This document shows, piece after piece, positions 9,263 to 20,312 of a stretch of DNA of 64,000 nucleotides (positions are counted from its first letter, which is position 1; each line of letters starts with the position of its first letter). The stretch comes from a bacterium. GTDB lineage: Bacteria; UBA8248. The notes under the pieces were generated by a model. The model did not search any database. It was not told where the DNA came from and saw only the letters and a list, made by a program, of their open reading frames with translations. The DNA lies in contig OZ242260.1 in assembly GCA_965207065.1 (NCBI GenBank), positions 2,944,001-3,008,000 on the forward strand, read 5' to 3'. The translations under genes and the position numbers were made by a program.

Positions 9263-9577
9263 TTACGGGTCCGGCACTTCAATGCCGACGAGGGGACCGA
9301 ACTGCTGGCCACCGTAGCAGTCGGCGTCTTCGAGGTCGCAGGAGAACACGGGGCGGGGGATGGATATCTTGATCGCGCGCGCGGCGTCGTGGTGGACGAG
9401 CAGCACCTTATCCTCCGCCAGATTGTACAGGCGGCAGAACACCTCCTTGGTGAGGACGTTCGATTCCACTACTCGCTGGTAGGTTTCCTCCTCGTCGAAC
9501 ATTACGTCGAACGTGAGGTTGAAGGGCCCAGCGTTTTTCGAGCGAATCAGTTTTGCGAGTTCGCCGAGCGTGGCCAT
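9263..9577 (-). CDS. DUF4387 domain protein
   Basis: LAKLIRSKNAGPFNLTFDVMF...AIKISIPR...DCYGGQQFGPL; start overlaps the stop of the AtuA-like gene. Confidence 0.88.
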   Translation of the reverse strand: MATLGELAKLIRSKNAGPFNLTFDVMFDEEETYQRVVESNVLTKEVFCRLYNLAEDKVLLVHHDAARAIKISIPRPVFSCDLEDADCYGGQQFGPLVGIEVPDP

Positions 9578-10953
9578 CAGTTCGCCACCTCCATCATCTC
9601 GCTCGGGAACATCTCGTATGGGTCATCCGGATAGACGACGTGGTTCAGGTTGAAGCGGTATACAGGGCCTTTTTCGAGTTCCGCCGGCGTGAAGGGAAAC
9701 GCGAGCGTCGAAATGAGGCCGCCCCACTCGGGGATGGGGTAGTGGAGCGCGAAATGGGCCAGCGTGGACGCCATCGTGTTGGCGGACACCTGATCCTCCG
9801 CAGTCACCTCGAAGAGAACGCCCACCTCGTGCGGAATCCGGCCCGCCTCGGGTTCGAGCGTCCCCATCACAGCGTCGCGCCCGAACACGCGTATGTGGAG
9901 TTGATAGGCGGGCGGCGTTTCGCGGTCGGGGAAGATTTCCTGAACGCGCGCCTCGAAGCCCTCCCGGATGCCGTCGAGCCAGGAGTCGAGTTGTTTGAGG
10001 ATCATGGGGTCGCGCACCCCGCCGATGATCACCGACTGATAGCCGACGAGTTCAGCCCCCTCGAGCTTGATGGAATAACGCTCCGCCGTATGGAACTCGG
10101 AACCCGCCACGCGAACGGCGCGCTCACTCTCCGCCGAATAGGCCGATCGGCTCGTATCGAGGACGCCCGCTGGCTCGGTGATGAAAAAAGGATCGGTGTT
10201 TTCATACAGGGTGTGCGAGGCCACGCTCTGCGGTGTGCAGTACATCTGTGGGTTGAGCGGCTCGACCACGAAATGATCGTCGCGAATCCAGGCGAAACAG
10301 CCGTCCGGTCGCGCCCGGTGCACGGCGCAGGCCGCTCCGCATTCGAGTATTTTGGCCGCATGCCAGGAGAGGCCCCGGTCCGCGCCCATCCGTACGGGAT
10401 GGCAGGCGAAAACCGAGGTGTCCGATGCCCTGCCGGTCAGCACCACGTCCGCCCCCTCATCGAGTGCCAGGGCGATGGGTTCATCCCCCATCATACCAAC
10501 GATGTGCGTGCTGTTTTCGATAATTTCCTCATCGATCGGGGGAGCCGGGTCGAGCGCCAGGATGCGGCCCTCTTTGTATCTTTTCTTGAGATACGCCTTA
10601 TCCTGTTCGCCGCGAACCAGGGCGAGTTTGAAGCTCAGTTCTTCTTCGCGGGCGATTTCGAGGCAAATATCACGCATCCACTCCAGGCCCGCATCGCCGC
10701 CCCCTGTGCCGCATGAACCCACGATGACGGGAACGCCTAGGCTCTCGCGCCCCTGGAGCATGAGCTTCAAGTCGCGTTTTGTCGCCGAGCGGGAGAAGTT
10801 CGGCATTCCCGCGCCGAGAAAGGCCGGCCCGTTGTCCGTCGAGCCCCCGTCGCAGGCGATGACGTGGGGTTTCATGGACAGCCCGCGCTCGAATGAGCTT
10901 TCGGGGAAACCCGAGCCGATGACGCCGCAAGGAGAAAGTACGCGCGCTTCCAA
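9577..10953 (-). CDS. Acyclic terpene utilization AtuA-family (DUF1446) protein
   Basis: GVIGSGF, DGGSTDNGPAFLGAG, GSCGTGG, GRASD, HAAKILECGA, ASHTLYE, YRFNLNHV; TTG start. Confidence 0.88.
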   Translation of the reverse strand: MEARVLSPCGVIGSGFPESSFERGLSMKPHVIACDGGSTDNGPAFLGAGMPNFSRSATKRDLKLMLQGRESLGVPVIVGSCGTGGGDAGLEWMRDICLEIAREEELSFKLALVRGEQDKAYLKKRYKEGRILALDPAPPIDEEIIENSTHIVGMMGDEPIALALDEGADVVLTGRASDTSVFACHPVRMGADRGLSWHAAKILECGAACAVHRARPDGCFAWIRDDHFVVEPLNPQMYCTPQSVASHTLYENTDPFFITEPAGVLDTSRSAYSAESERAVRVAGSEFHTAERYSIKLEGAELVGYQSVIIGGVRDPMILKQLDSWLDGIREGFEARVQEIFPDRETPPAYQLHIRVFGRDAVMGTLEPEAGRIPHEVGVLFEVTAEDQVSANTMASTLAHFALHYPIPEWGGLISTLAFPFTPAELEKGPVYRFNLNHVVYPDDPYEMFPSEMMEVAN

Positions 10954-11110
10954 GGTGGGTTCACTCCATTTTGGTGAGATTCATACGTATCCTGCTCATG
11001 AAGACACGCCCCGAGGCGGTCCTGACGGATACTGTCATGTCAATGCAGCGAATGCGCATCCTACACCGATTATCTCGTGAGAGAAAGACAGAAGCGCATC
11101 CGGGTGGGAG

Positions 11111-11812
11111 CTATTCTCTGTTCAACTTTCTGCGCACCGCCAGAAGTGCGGCCAGGTTGCTCGTCATCACGGGCAGGTCGGGGTAGCGGGCATGAATCTC
11201 AGGCAGGGCGTCGACGGCGGGCAGGTTCGTGCAGGAGATGAAAAGACAATCCGCTTTTTTCAGGTTTTGTGAGGAAATCCTCTCGTCCGCGAATTTAAGA
11301 ATCTTGTCCGCCCGCGTGTTGCCGATCTCGATGTTGTCCGTTATCCCCATACCGTCTATCGAGAGCACCTCCATGCCGTCTTCTTCGAGCGAGGCGCGTA
11401 TGGGCCCGTTGAGCTCATCGACGTAGGGCGTGAGCACCACGAGTCTCTTCGCGTTCATATCGGCGAATTCACATGCAAGCGCCGATAGAATGGTGGCCGT
11501 CTCTGCGCCGGTTTCTTCCTCGATTTGCGCTTTTATCTGTTGATCATGCGCCTGTCCGAAGAGTGCGCCGCCCGACGTGCAGCCGAAGACGCAAAATTGC
11601 GGCTCCACCGTCTTGAGCATCCGGTTCGCCTCGGGCAAGGATTGTTCGAGCATGCGGATTTCGGCCTGTTTGGTCGTCTCGTCCAGGAACATGCGTGAGG
11701 TGGCCACGTAGACATCCTCAGGCAGGTTCTTGTGGAAATCCCGCTCCATCGTGGCGTTCGAGGAGGGAACGAGAAGGCCGACGCGGAACTGGGCGTCAGT
11801 TGTCGCGGTCAT
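11111..11812 (-). CDS. Asp/Glu racemase / maleate cis-trans isomerase family protein
   Basis: GLLVPSSNATME, FGCTSG, LTPY, ISCTNL, TSN; both catalytic Cys present. Confidence 0.88.
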   Translation of the reverse strand: MTATTDAQFRVGLLVPSSNATMERDFHKNLPEDVYVATSRMFLDETTKQAEIRMLEQSLPEANRMLKTVEPQFCVFGCTSGGALFGQAHDQQIKAQIEEETGAETATILSALACEFADMNAKRLVVLTPYVDELNGPIRASLEEDGMEVLSIDGMGITDNIEIGNTRADKILKFADERISSQNLKKADCLFISCTNLPAVDALPEIHARYPDLPVMTSNLAALLAVRRKLNRE

Positions 11813-12030
11813 CGCAGACTCCAGTGCAGCTAACAGGTTCAGGAATTGTAGAGCAATTCGAAGGGTGAGCAAAACGGTGTCGTCGGGGTCGTTGCCTTCG
11901 CGGTGCGGCATGGCTTCAAAGGTATACTTGTGGCCTCGCCTCGAAAACGAAGGTGTTGTAAAACTTGGGGTGCGATGCGCTTTTGGACGTTACCGGCGGC
12001 ATCACTTGAATGCATTGAAAAGGAATTTTT

Positions 12031-13182
12031 GTGGACTTTCAACTCGAAGAATCGGATCGCTTGCTCCAGCAGACGGCGCGGGAGCTGGCGGTAAGGGAAT
12101 TCGCAAGGGATTCCTTCTCCTATGCGCGAACGGGCGAGTACCCCCGGCGCTCCATGAAGGTGCTGGCCGAGCACGGCATGATGGGGATGACGGTGGCCGA
12201 ACCCCACGGAGGGGGACAATCGATTTTCGAGGCCTGCCTGGTGATGGAGGCGGTCTCTCAGGTATGTCCCCACAGCGGCGACGTGGTGCAGATGGGGAAC
12301 ATGGGGCCTATTCGCGTGATAGACGAACTGGGTTCCGCCAAGCAGAAGGAGCGATTTTTGCCCCCGATATGCCGGGGGGAGAAAATCATCTCCATCAGCA
12401 TGACGGAGCCCGACGCCGGATCGGCGGCCACGGATTTGCAGACCACGGCGGAATATGACGGCGAGAGCGTCCTCGTGAATGGCCAAAAGTGCTTCAGCTC
12501 CAACGCGCCGCACGCGGATTTGTTCGTCGTCTACGTCCGCTTCGGCCCCAGGACGCGCGATTGCGGGGCCGTCGTAATGGAAACTGGAACACCAGGCTTC
12601 ACCAAGGGGAAGACCGAGCACTACATGAGCGGGGAGGCGCACTGCGCGCTTCATTTCGAGAACGCCCGTATCCCCAGGGAGAACGTGCTGGTGGATAAGG
12701 AAGGTTTTCGGGTGCTCATGCCCGTGTTCAACGTGGAGCGGTTAGGGAATGCCACGCGCTGTCTGGCTCTGGCGCAGGCGGCTTACGACATGACGGTTGC
12801 CCACACCAGCGAGAGGCGCCAGTTCGATCGCCCCTTGTGCGAGTTTCAGGGAGTCCAGTGGATGGTGGCGGATATGCGGGTGAAGCTCGAAGCGGCGCGC
12901 CTGCTCCTCTACCGCGCGCTATCGAACGCACGTGCGGGCCTGCCCTCGGCAGTGGAGACGACGAGCGCGAAGCTTTACTGCAACGAGATGGCGCGCCAGG
13001 TGGCGGACGACGCCATTCAGCTACACGGCGGCTATGGCTTTTCGACCGAGATGCCGCTCGAGTTCCTCTACCGCAAGATTCGCGGATGGTCCATCGCGGG
13101 AGGCTCCACCGAAATGCTGAGAAACCGCCTGGCCTCCCTTATCTACGAGCGTCCCTTCAGCCAGCGCCCGCCAAGAGCGTAA
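12031..13182 (+). CDS. Acyl-CoA dehydrogenase
   Basis: SMTEPDAGS, NGQKCFSSN, FNVER, RRQFDRPL.EFQGVQW, QLHGGYGF, GGSTEM. Confidence 0.93.
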   Translation: MDFQLEESDRLLQQTARELAVREFARDSFSYARTGEYPRRSMKVLAEHGMMGMTVAEPHGGGQSIFEACLVMEAVSQVCPHSGDVVQMGNMGPIRVIDELGSAKQKERFLPPICRGEKIISISMTEPDAGSAATDLQTTAEYDGESVLVNGQKCFSSNAPHADLFVVYVRFGPRTRDCGAVVMETGTPGFTKGKTEHYMSGEAHCALHFENARIPRENVLVDKEGFRVLMPVFNVERLGNATRCLALAQAAYDMTVAHTSERRQFDRPLCEFQGVQWMVADMRVKLEAARLLLYRALSNARAGLPSAVETTSAKLYCNEMARQVADDAIQLHGGYGFSTEMPLEFLYRKIRGWSIAGGSTEMLRNRLASLIYERPFSQRPPRA

Positions 13183-13220
13183 TTTTCACTCGTTATGAAT
13201 TCCAGGGAATTCTCCTGATC

Positions 13221-15320
13221 ATGGAACGCACCACCACGGAGAGCCTTGCGCGCTTGCTCTCGCCTGAATCTGTCGCCATCGTAGGAGCGTCGGCGAATCT
13301 GGAGCAATTCAACGGCCGCGTGGTGAAGAATCTGCTGCGCCACGGCTATGGGGGCAGGGTCTATCCCGTTAACCCCAAATACGAAGAAGTGGCCGGAGTG
13401 CGCTGTTGGCCCCGGCTCGATGCGCTTCCCGAGACGCCGGACGTCGCTTTCATCACCGTGGGACGAGAGCGAGTGTCGGGCGTTTTGGCCGAATGCGCCG
13501 AGGCGGCGGTGGGTGCGGCCATCATCTACACCGGTGGGTTTTCCGAGGCGGATGAGGCAGGCGCGCATCTTGAGGCTGATATTCAGCGCATCGCCCGGGA
13601 TGGAGGAGTCCGCGTCTGCGGTCCGAATACCGCGGGCGTCCACAACTTTCATCACAACTTTCACCTGGCGGGCCTGATAGCGCTCGACGTGGAGGAGATG
13701 CTGCCGGGGAGCATCGGGGTGGTCTGCCAGAGCGGAAGCATAGGCGGCGCTTTGCTCTCGCGGGCAACGCAGCGCGGCATCGGGTTCAGCCATCTCATCT
13801 CCTGCGGCAACGAGATGGACCTGGAACTCTCAGATTATCTCGACTATTTGATCGACGACCCCCAAACCCGCGCTATCGCGGTCTATCTCGAAGGAGTACG
13901 GGACGGGGAGAAGTTCAAGAAAGTCCTCCAAAAGGCCCTGCAGCAGGGGAAACCCCTGGTCGTACTGAAGGTGGGCGAAGCTCGCGAGGGAGAGAGCGCG
14001 GCCCTGAGCCACACGGGTGCCATGGTGGGTGAATACAGGGTGTACGAGGCGCTGTTCCGAAAATGGGGTGTTACGCGGGTGGACGACCTGGAAGCGCTTT
14101 TCGAGTTCGCCCACATGTTCTGCGTCTCTGCGCTCCCGGAAGGAGAAAGAGTGGGCGTCGTTACGACGACGGGCGGGGCGGGCGCCTTGATGGCCGATAA
14201 TTGCGGCGCCTTGGGCTTGGAAGTCGCCGATGTGGATGACGCCTCCAGAACCCGGATGGAGAAAAAACACCCCGACTTCGGGCGGATAGAGAATCCGCTC
14301 GACACCACCATCGCCGATATTCACCTGTATTCTGATTTTCTGGAATCTTTTCTCAAGAACGGCTGTTTCGACGTAGTGATACCCATTGTGGGCTCAAGCG
14401 CGCAGTTCAAGCCCGAGATGGGAGTAGAGCCCATCGTTCGGCTGAAGCGAACGAGCCCTGACGTTCCCATGCTGGCTTATTTCAATCCCCATGCCGAGGA
14501 TGCGCACAGGCTCCTGGCAAGGGAGGGGATCGCCTCTTTTCAGTCCATCTCGGGCTGCGCCCGATCGGCGGCGGCTCTGGTCCGGTATACAAAAGTATTG
14601 AATAGAGAGAAAAAAAGCGCATCGAGACCCGCAAATCAAGCGCCGTCCCCCACGCTTGGGGAACAGATGTCGGCCGCAGGAAACCTGAACGAAGCGCAAT
14701 CTCTGGCTATCGTTCGTGAATTCGGCTTGCCCGTGGTGGCGTATCGATTATGCCGCTCGGAAGAAGAGGTGCGAAGCGCGGCGCGTAATTTGCGATTTCC
14801 GTTCGTTTTGAAGGGCGTGTCCTCGAAAATTCACCACAAGACGGAATGGGGACTGGTGAAAACGGACATCGGCGATGAGGCGGATCTTGAACGCGGTCTA
14901 GCTGAAATCACGAGCCTGTGGGAGGTGTGTGAACTGGAAGGCTATCTGCTTCAGGAGCATGTTGGAAATGGCGTCGAATTCATGCTCGGGATGAAGCGAG
15001 ACCCTCAGTTCGGCCCGGTGGTGACGGTTGGCCTGGGCGGGCTGAATATCGAATTGTTCGATGACGTGAGCGCACGCGTAGCGCCGCTTACGCTCGATGA
15101 CGCTTACGAGATGATGGATGAGCTCAAGTGCAAAAAGATTTTCGAAAGCCACCGAGGACGTGGGCCGCTCGACACTGAAGCGCTCGCCGAGGCCATACGG
15201 CGTCTGGGAGAAGTTGTATACGTCCACCGCGAGCAGATTGAAGAGATGGATTTGAACCCCGTTTTTTTGCGCGAGAAGAGCGGGGGATGCTTGGTGGCGG
15301 ATGCGCTCATCATCACCTGA
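13221..15320 (+). CDS. Acetate-CoA ligase (ADP-forming) family acyl-CoA synthetase, fused alpha/beta
   Basis: SVAIVGAS, YPVNP, GPNTAG, QSG, GNEMD, SHTGA (phospho-His), HKTE, DPQFGPVV, EMDLNP; start placed at the ATG at 13221. Confidence 0.9.
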   Translation: MERTTTESLARLLSPESVAIVGASANLEQFNGRVVKNLLRHGYGGRVYPVNPKYEEVAGVRCWPRLDALPETPDVAFITVGRERVSGVLAECAEAAVGAAIIYTGGFSEADEAGAHLEADIQRIARDGGVRVCGPNTAGVHNFHHNFHLAGLIALDVEEMLPGSIGVVCQSGSIGGALLSRATQRGIGFSHLISCGNEMDLELSDYLDYLIDDPQTRAIAVYLEGVRDGEKFKKVLQKALQQGKPLVVLKVGEAREGESAALSHTGAMVGEYRVYEALFRKWGVTRVDDLEALFEFAHMFCVSALPEGERVGVVTTTGGAGALMADNCGALGLEVADVDDASRTRMEKKHPDFGRIENPLDTTIADIHLYSDFLESFLKNGCFDVVIPIVGSSAQFKPEMGVEPIVRLKRTSPDVPMLAYFNPHAEDAHRLLAREGIASFQSISGCARSAAALVRYTKVLNREKKSASRPANQAPSPTLGEQMSAAGNLNEAQSLAIVREFGLPVVAYRLCRSEEEVRSAARNLRFPFVLKGVSSKIHHKTEWGLVKTDIGDEADLERGLAEITSLWEVCELEGYLLQEHVGNGVEFMLGMKRDPQFGPVVTVGLGGLNIELFDDVSARVAPLTLDDAYEMMDELKCKKIFESHRGRGPLDTEALAEAIRRLGEVVYVHREQIEEMDLNPVFLREKSGGCLVADALIIT

Positions 15321-15504
15321 AACTCTGCGTAAAACTGCGGTTTTCCTCTAATTGAGGCCATGAAAAAGGCGCACCTCATGCGCCGAAAATTGCCGATTGA
15401 CTTTGCGGTAAACAACGATTATTGTTTTCCATACCTTGGATTCGCAAAGAGCCAATAACATTTTTTGATTTTGTTTCTTCCTGGTTGCGTAAGGTTGAGG
15501 ATAG

Positions 15505-16494
15505 ATGAGTGCGCTTCTTGAAATCGAAGACTTGAGAACGCATTTCTTTACCACCGCCGGTGTCGTCAAGGCGGTCAACGGCATCTCATATGACGTTCAA
15601 AAAGGCGAAACGGTAGCGATTGTCGGCGAGTCGGGCTGCGGAAAGTCCGTCAGCGCGCTCTCTGTTCTCGGTCTCATTCCCAATCCGCCCGGCCGCATCG
15701 TCGGGGGCGCGATACGCTTTCAAGGTGACGATCTGATCAAACTTGACGATCTCCAGATCCGAAACATCCGCGGTCGCCAGATCGGCATGATCTTCCAGGA
15801 GCCCATGACGTCCCTGAACCCCGTCCTGACCATTGGGCTGCAACTCACCGAGACGATGGAGCACCACCTCGGCATGGACAGGGCCGACGCGGAGAAAAAA
15901 GCGGTCGAATATCTCCGCCTCGTGGGCATCTCCGAGCCCGAGCGGCGAATCCGGCAATACCCCCACCACCTGAGCGGCGGGATGCGGCAAAGGGTGATGA
16001 TTGCGATGGCGCTTTGCTGCGAGCCGAAGCTCATCATCGCCGATGAGCCGACGACGGCGCTCGATGTCACCATCCAGGCCCAGATACTGGAGTTGATGAA
16101 AAACCTTACCAAGCGCATGGGTGTTGCGCTCATCATCATCACACACAACCTCGGTGTTGTGGCCCGGTATGCGGACCGCGTGAACGTCATGTACGCCGGA
16201 AAGATAATCGAGCGCGGCCTGGCGGCGGACATCTACCGCGAACCCAGGCATCCATACACCCTGGGGCTGCTGAGTTCCGTGCCGAGGCTCGACCAGCCGA
16301 GACAAAAGCGCCTCGACCCCATCGACGGACAACCGCCCGACCTCACACGCCTGGGCGCGGGTTGTTCTTTTCTGCCCCGGTGCAAGTTCGCCGTGGATAA
16401 GTGCGTGAGCGAGATACCGCCGCTGGAAAGTGCAGGAAATGGCCATCTCTCGGCCTGCTGGGAAAAAGATAACCTCGAAACGGCGAGAGGGTGA
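15505..16494 (+). CDS. dppD: Dipeptide/oligopeptide ABC transporter ATPase
   Basis: [36 protein letters not shown]-terminal HPYT/PRC domain. Confidence 0.93.
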   Translation: MSALLEIEDLRTHFFTTAGVVKAVNGISYDVQKGETVAIVGESGCGKSVSALSVLGLIPNPPGRIVGGAIRFQGDDLIKLDDLQIRNIRGRQIGMIFQEPMTSLNPVLTIGLQLTETMEHHLGMDRADAEKKAVEYLRLVGISEPERRIRQYPHHLSGGMRQRVMIAMALCCEPKLIIADEPTTALDVTIQAQILELMKNLTKRMGVALIIITHNLGVVARYADRVNVMYAGKIIERGLAADIYREPRHPYTLGLLSSVPRLDQPRQKRLDPIDGQPPDLTRLGAGCSFLPRCKFAVDKCVSEIPPLESAGNGHLSACWEKDNLETARG

Positions 16495-16498
16495 GCGA

Positions 16499-17533
16499 AT
16501 GACTGCCGACGCATCTGTTCTCGAAAGTGGGGTTCAGCTCTCCCGAAACAGTGAGCTCGGCGACGTGCTCGTGGAAGTCAAGGGCCTCAAGATGCACTTC
16601 CCGATCACCGAGGGAATCGTTTTCAACAAGCTCGTCGGGCTCGTAAAGGCGGTGGATGGGGTAGATTTCCACATCAGGCGTGGCGAGACGCTCGGCCTCG
16701 TGGGAGAGAGCGGTTGCGGCAAGACGACGACGGGCAGGTGCATCCTCCAGCTCGAACGCCCCACGGAAGGAGAGATCTTTTTCGAGGGTGCGGATCTGAC
16801 GAAACTCGATCAGGTGGCGCTTCGCGAATACAGGCAGAAAATCCAGGTCATCTTCCAGGACCCCTACAGTTCGCTGAATCCACGCATGAAAATCGGTGAG
16901 ATGATAGACGAGCCCATGTACGTCCACGGTATCGAACCAGATGCCCGCAAGAGAAAGCAGAGAATCAGCGAACTTCTCAGCGTCTGTGGACTCAACCCCA
17001 AGATGGCGGACAGATATCCCCACGAGATGAGTGGCGGGCAGCGCCAGCGCGTGGGAATCGCCCGGGCCTTGAGCCTCGAGCCCGAGTTCATCATCTGCGA
17101 TGAACCCGTCTCGGCGCTCGACGTGTCCATCCAGGCACAAATCATCAATTTGCTCGAAGATTTGAGAGAGGAATATAATCTCACCTATCTGTTTATCGCG
17201 CACGATCTGAGCGTGGTGCGCCACCTTTGCCACCGCGTGGCAGTCATGTATCTGGGCCGGATTGTGGAGTTGGCGGATTGCGACGAGTTGTACGACAATC
17301 CCATGCACCCCTATACGCGGGCGCTGCTGTCGGCCGTTCCGGTGCCGGATCCGGAGGTCGAGCAGGGACGCGACGTCAGTTTCGTCGCGGGAGAAGTGCC
17401 CAGCCCGATAAACCCGCCGCCGGGCTGTGTGTTCCATCCCCGGTGTCCCATCGCCGTGGAGAATTGCTCGAAGGAAGTTCCAATTTTGCGAGAGCTGAAA
17501 CCAGGCCATTGGGTGGCCTGTTCGGAAGTTTAA
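16499..17533 (+). CDS. dppF: Dipeptide/oligopeptide ABC transporter ATPase
   Basis: [43 protein letters not shown]. Confidence 0.93.
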   Translation: MTADASVLESGVQLSRNSELGDVLVEVKGLKMHFPITEGIVFNKLVGLVKAVDGVDFHIRRGETLGLVGESGCGKTTTGRCILQLERPTEGEIFFEGADLTKLDQVALREYRQKIQVIFQDPYSSLNPRMKIGEMIDEPMYVHGIEPDARKRKQRISELLSVCGLNPKMADRYPHEMSGGQRQRVGIARALSLEPEFIICDEPVSALDVSIQAQIINLLEDLREEYNLTYLFIAHDLSVVRHLCHRVAVMYLGRIVELADCDELYDNPMHPYTRALLSAVPVPDPEVEQGRDVSFVAGEVPSPINPPPGCVFHPRCPIAVENCSKEVPILRELKPGHWVACSEV

Positions 17534-17618
17534 TTTTTCCGCATTTGTTGTTTTGTTCGTGACTCACCTGACTTGTGATGTATCGATTTTACCCTGGGAA
17601 CATGAAAGGAGATTCCTT

Positions 17619-19238
17619 ATGAGAAACACTCGAATGAAAACCCTACTGATCGCGGCGGCGGTGCTCGCCCTGGGGCTGTGGAGTTTTGCTCCCGTCGAGG
17701 CGGCGCCCAAGAAGGGCGGCGTTCTCAAGTTCGTCGTCGGCAGCAAGATTCCCTCCTACGACGGTCACATCGAATCCACCTTCGGGATGATTCATCCGCT
17801 TCGTCCCTTCTACAGCCTTTTGATTCGCGTGAATCCGGAAAACCCGGCATCGCCGACCGATTTCGTCTGCGACGTGTGTGAGGGCGGGATTCCGACGCCG
17901 ACCGAAGGGCACACGAAGTACGCCTTCAAAATCCGCGACGACATCATGTTCCATAACGGCCAGAAACTCACCTCGGCGGACGTGAAGGCGACGTATGACA
18001 AGATTATCAGCCCGCCGAAGGGCATCGAGAGCAACCGCAAGGCGTTTTTCAGCATGGTGAAATCCGTCTCCGCACCGGACCCAAAAACGCTGGTGTTCAA
18101 GCTGAAATACCCCACGGGCGCCTTTGTGCCTGCGCTTGCGCTACCCTACAACTTCATCTACTCGAAGGCCGACCTCGACAAGCATGGCTACAAGTGGCAC
18201 CAGAAAAACGTGAACGGCACGGGCGCATTCCGCTTCGTGCAGCACCAGCCGGGCGCTTTCGTCGAGGGCAAGCGGTATGAGAAATACCACCACAAGGGCA
18301 AACCCTATCTCGACGGCTACCGGGCGATCTCTGCTCCGAAAATGGCGATTCGTCTCCAGGCCATTCGCGGCGACCGCGCGGCCATCGAATTCCGCGGATT
18401 CCCGCCCAAGGCGCGCGACGACTTGAAGAAGGCGCTGGGCGACAAGCTTACCGTCCAGGAGAGCGACTGGAACTGCAACCTCATGGTGACGCCCAACCAC
18501 AAGCGCAAGCCCTTCGACGACGCGCGCGTGCGCCGGGCACTGACGCTGGCGATCGACCGCTGGGGCGGATCCAAGTACCTCTCGCGCATCGCCATCGTGA
18601 AGACTGTGGGCGGCGTCGTTTTCCCGAAACACCCCCTCGCGGCCACGAAAGAGGAGTTGACGAAGATCGCGGGCTACTGGCCGGACATCAACAAATCCCG
18701 CGCCGAAGCCAAGAGGCTCCTCAAGGAAGCCGGTTATCCGAGCGGCTTCGAGTTCACCCTGCACAACCGGGGCGTGGACCAGCCATACAAGGTCGTGGGC
18801 ACCTGGGTCATCGACCAGTGGCGGAAAATCGGACTCAAGGTCAAGCAGTGGGTGCAGCCCTCCGGGCCTTTCTACGCCACGCTGCGCAAGAAGAAGAACT
18901 TCGACGTATCCATCGACTTTAACTGCCAGTCGGTCATCAACCCGCTGGTGGACGTCTCGAAATTCATCTCCGACGACAGGGCGGGCAACCAGTACGCGGA
19001 GTATCAGGACCGCCAGCTCGACAAGTGGTTCGACGAGATGAACCGCGAGCCCGACGTGAAGAAGCAGCGCGCCATCATGCGCAAGTATGAAAAGCGCGCG
19101 CTCGATGAGATGGCGCACCAGTTCGTGACGCTATGGTGGTACAAGATCAACCCCCACCGCAGCTACGTGAAGGGGTGGAAGATAGCGCCGAGCCACTATC
19201 TGAACCAGCATCTGGACAACGTCTGGATTGACAAATAG
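17619..19238 (+). CDS. ABC substrate-binding protein, family 5 (DppA-like)
   Basis: Signal peptide (LLIAAAVLALGLWSFAPVEA), GGVL, FHNGQKLTSADV, GTGAF, PFDDARVRRAL, AKRLLKEAGY; RBS aaggaga. Confidence 0.92.
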   Translation: MRNTRMKTLLIAAAVLALGLWSFAPVEAAPKKGGVLKFVVGSKIPSYDGHIESTFGMIHPLRPFYSLLIRVNPENPASPTDFVCDVCEGGIPTPTEGHTKYAFKIRDDIMFHNGQKLTSADVKATYDKIISPPKGIESNRKAFFSMVKSVSAPDPKTLVFKLKYPTGAFVPALALPYNFIYSKADLDKHGYKWHQKNVNGTGAFRFVQHQPGAFVEGKRYEKYHHKGKPYLDGYRAISAPKMAIRLQAIRGDRAAIEFRGFPPKARDDLKKALGDKLTVQESDWNCNLMVTPNHKRKPFDDARVRRALTLAIDRWGGSKYLSRIAIVKTVGGVVFPKHPLAATKEELTKIAGYWPDINKSRAEAKRLLKEAGYPSGFEFTLHNRGVDQPYKVVGTWVIDQWRKIGLKVKQWVQPSGPFYATLRKKKNFDVSIDFNCQSVINPLVDVSKFISDDRAGNQYAEYQDRQLDKWFDEMNREPDVKKQRAIMRKYEKRALDEMAHQFVTLWWYKINPHRSYVKGWKIAPSHYLNQHLDNVWIDK

Positions 19239-19330
19239 CTCGTATCGTCCCCCTTCGCCGCCCGGATCACCGGGTGGCGGGGGAGGGCGGTCTGGAGCCT
19301 CGTCTGGCGTAAAACGCAAGGGCGCACGAA

Positions 19331-20302
19331 GTGTATAGATACACGATCAAGAGAATCCTGCTGATGTTCCCGACGCTGCTGGGTGCAGCGGTGCTGGTGT
19401 TCTTCATGCTTCGCCTCATACCGGGTGACGTGTGCGAACTCCGCATGGCCGGAACGGGTATGTTTGTTGACAAGGAAGCGATAGCGACATGCCAGCAGAA
19501 CCTGGGCATCGATGCGCCCATCTACGTGCAGTTCATCGACTTCATCACGGGATTCTTCACCTTCGACCTGGGGAAATCCATGTGGACGGGCAAGCCAATC
19601 CTGCATGAGATCGGCCTGCGCTTCGAACTCTCGCTGCAAGTAGCCATCATGGCGACGCTCACGGCCATTCTCATCGCTATTCCGCTCGGCACAATCTCGG
19701 CCATCAAGCAGGATACCTGGATCGACTACGTCGTGCGCACGTTCAGCATCGCAGGCATCGCCATGCCTTCTTTCTGGCTGGGCATCCTGATTATTCTCGG
19801 CCTCTTGATCATGACGCAGAAAGTCTTCGGAGACCCCTGGATGCCGCCGATTCATTACACCCCGATATGGGAAGACCCGGTGGCCAACATCTCGCAGCTT
19901 ATCTGGCCGGCCGTCGCGACGGGCTATCGGTATTCGGCCGTCGCCACGCGCATGACGCGATCGGCCCTTTTAGAGGTTTTGCGCGAGGATTACGTGCGTA
20001 CCGCCCGCGCCAAGGGACTATTGGAGAAACTCATCATCAACCGCCATGCGCTCAAGAATTCGCTCCTGCCCGTGGCGACCGTCATCGGCCTGGAGTTCGC
20101 CTTCCTGATGGGCGGGCTGGTGGTGACGGAGCAGGTCTTCAACCTGAATGGCCTGGGGAAACTCTTCGTCGAGTCGGTGACAAACCACGACTACACGATG
20201 ACGCAGTCCCTCGTCATGCTCGTGGCCGTCGTCTTCATTTTTACGAACCTGTTCATCGATATCCTCTATGCGTGGCTCGACCCGCGCATACGCTACAGCT
20301 AG
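19331..20302 (+). CDS. dppB: Peptide ABC permease (DppB-like)
   Basis: RLIPGD, DLGKS, DYVRTARAKG (EAA-like loop), LDPRIR. Confidence 0.92.
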   Translation: MYRYTIKRILLMFPTLLGAAVLVFFMLRLIPGDVCELRMAGTGMFVDKEAIATCQQNLGIDAPIYVQFIDFITGFFTFDLGKSMWTGKPILHEIGLRFELSLQVAIMATLTAILIAIPLGTISAIKQDTWIDYVVRTFSIAGIAMPSFWLGILIILGLLIMTQKVFGDPWMPPIHYTPIWEDPVANISQLIWPAVATGYRYSAVATRMTRSALLEVLREDYVRTARAKGLLEKLIINRHALKNSLLPVATVIGLEFAFLMGGLVVTEQVFNLNGLGKLFVESVTNHDYTMTQSLVMLVAVVFIFTNLFIDILYAWLDPRIRYS

Positions 20303-20312
20303 GAGTTGCGCC

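Noticed and set aside
12837-13220. 128-aa N-terminal extension of the CoA ligase suggesting a fusion
   Set aside because: Overlaps the acyl-CoA dehydrogenase in another frame; family similarity starts near the ATG at 13221.
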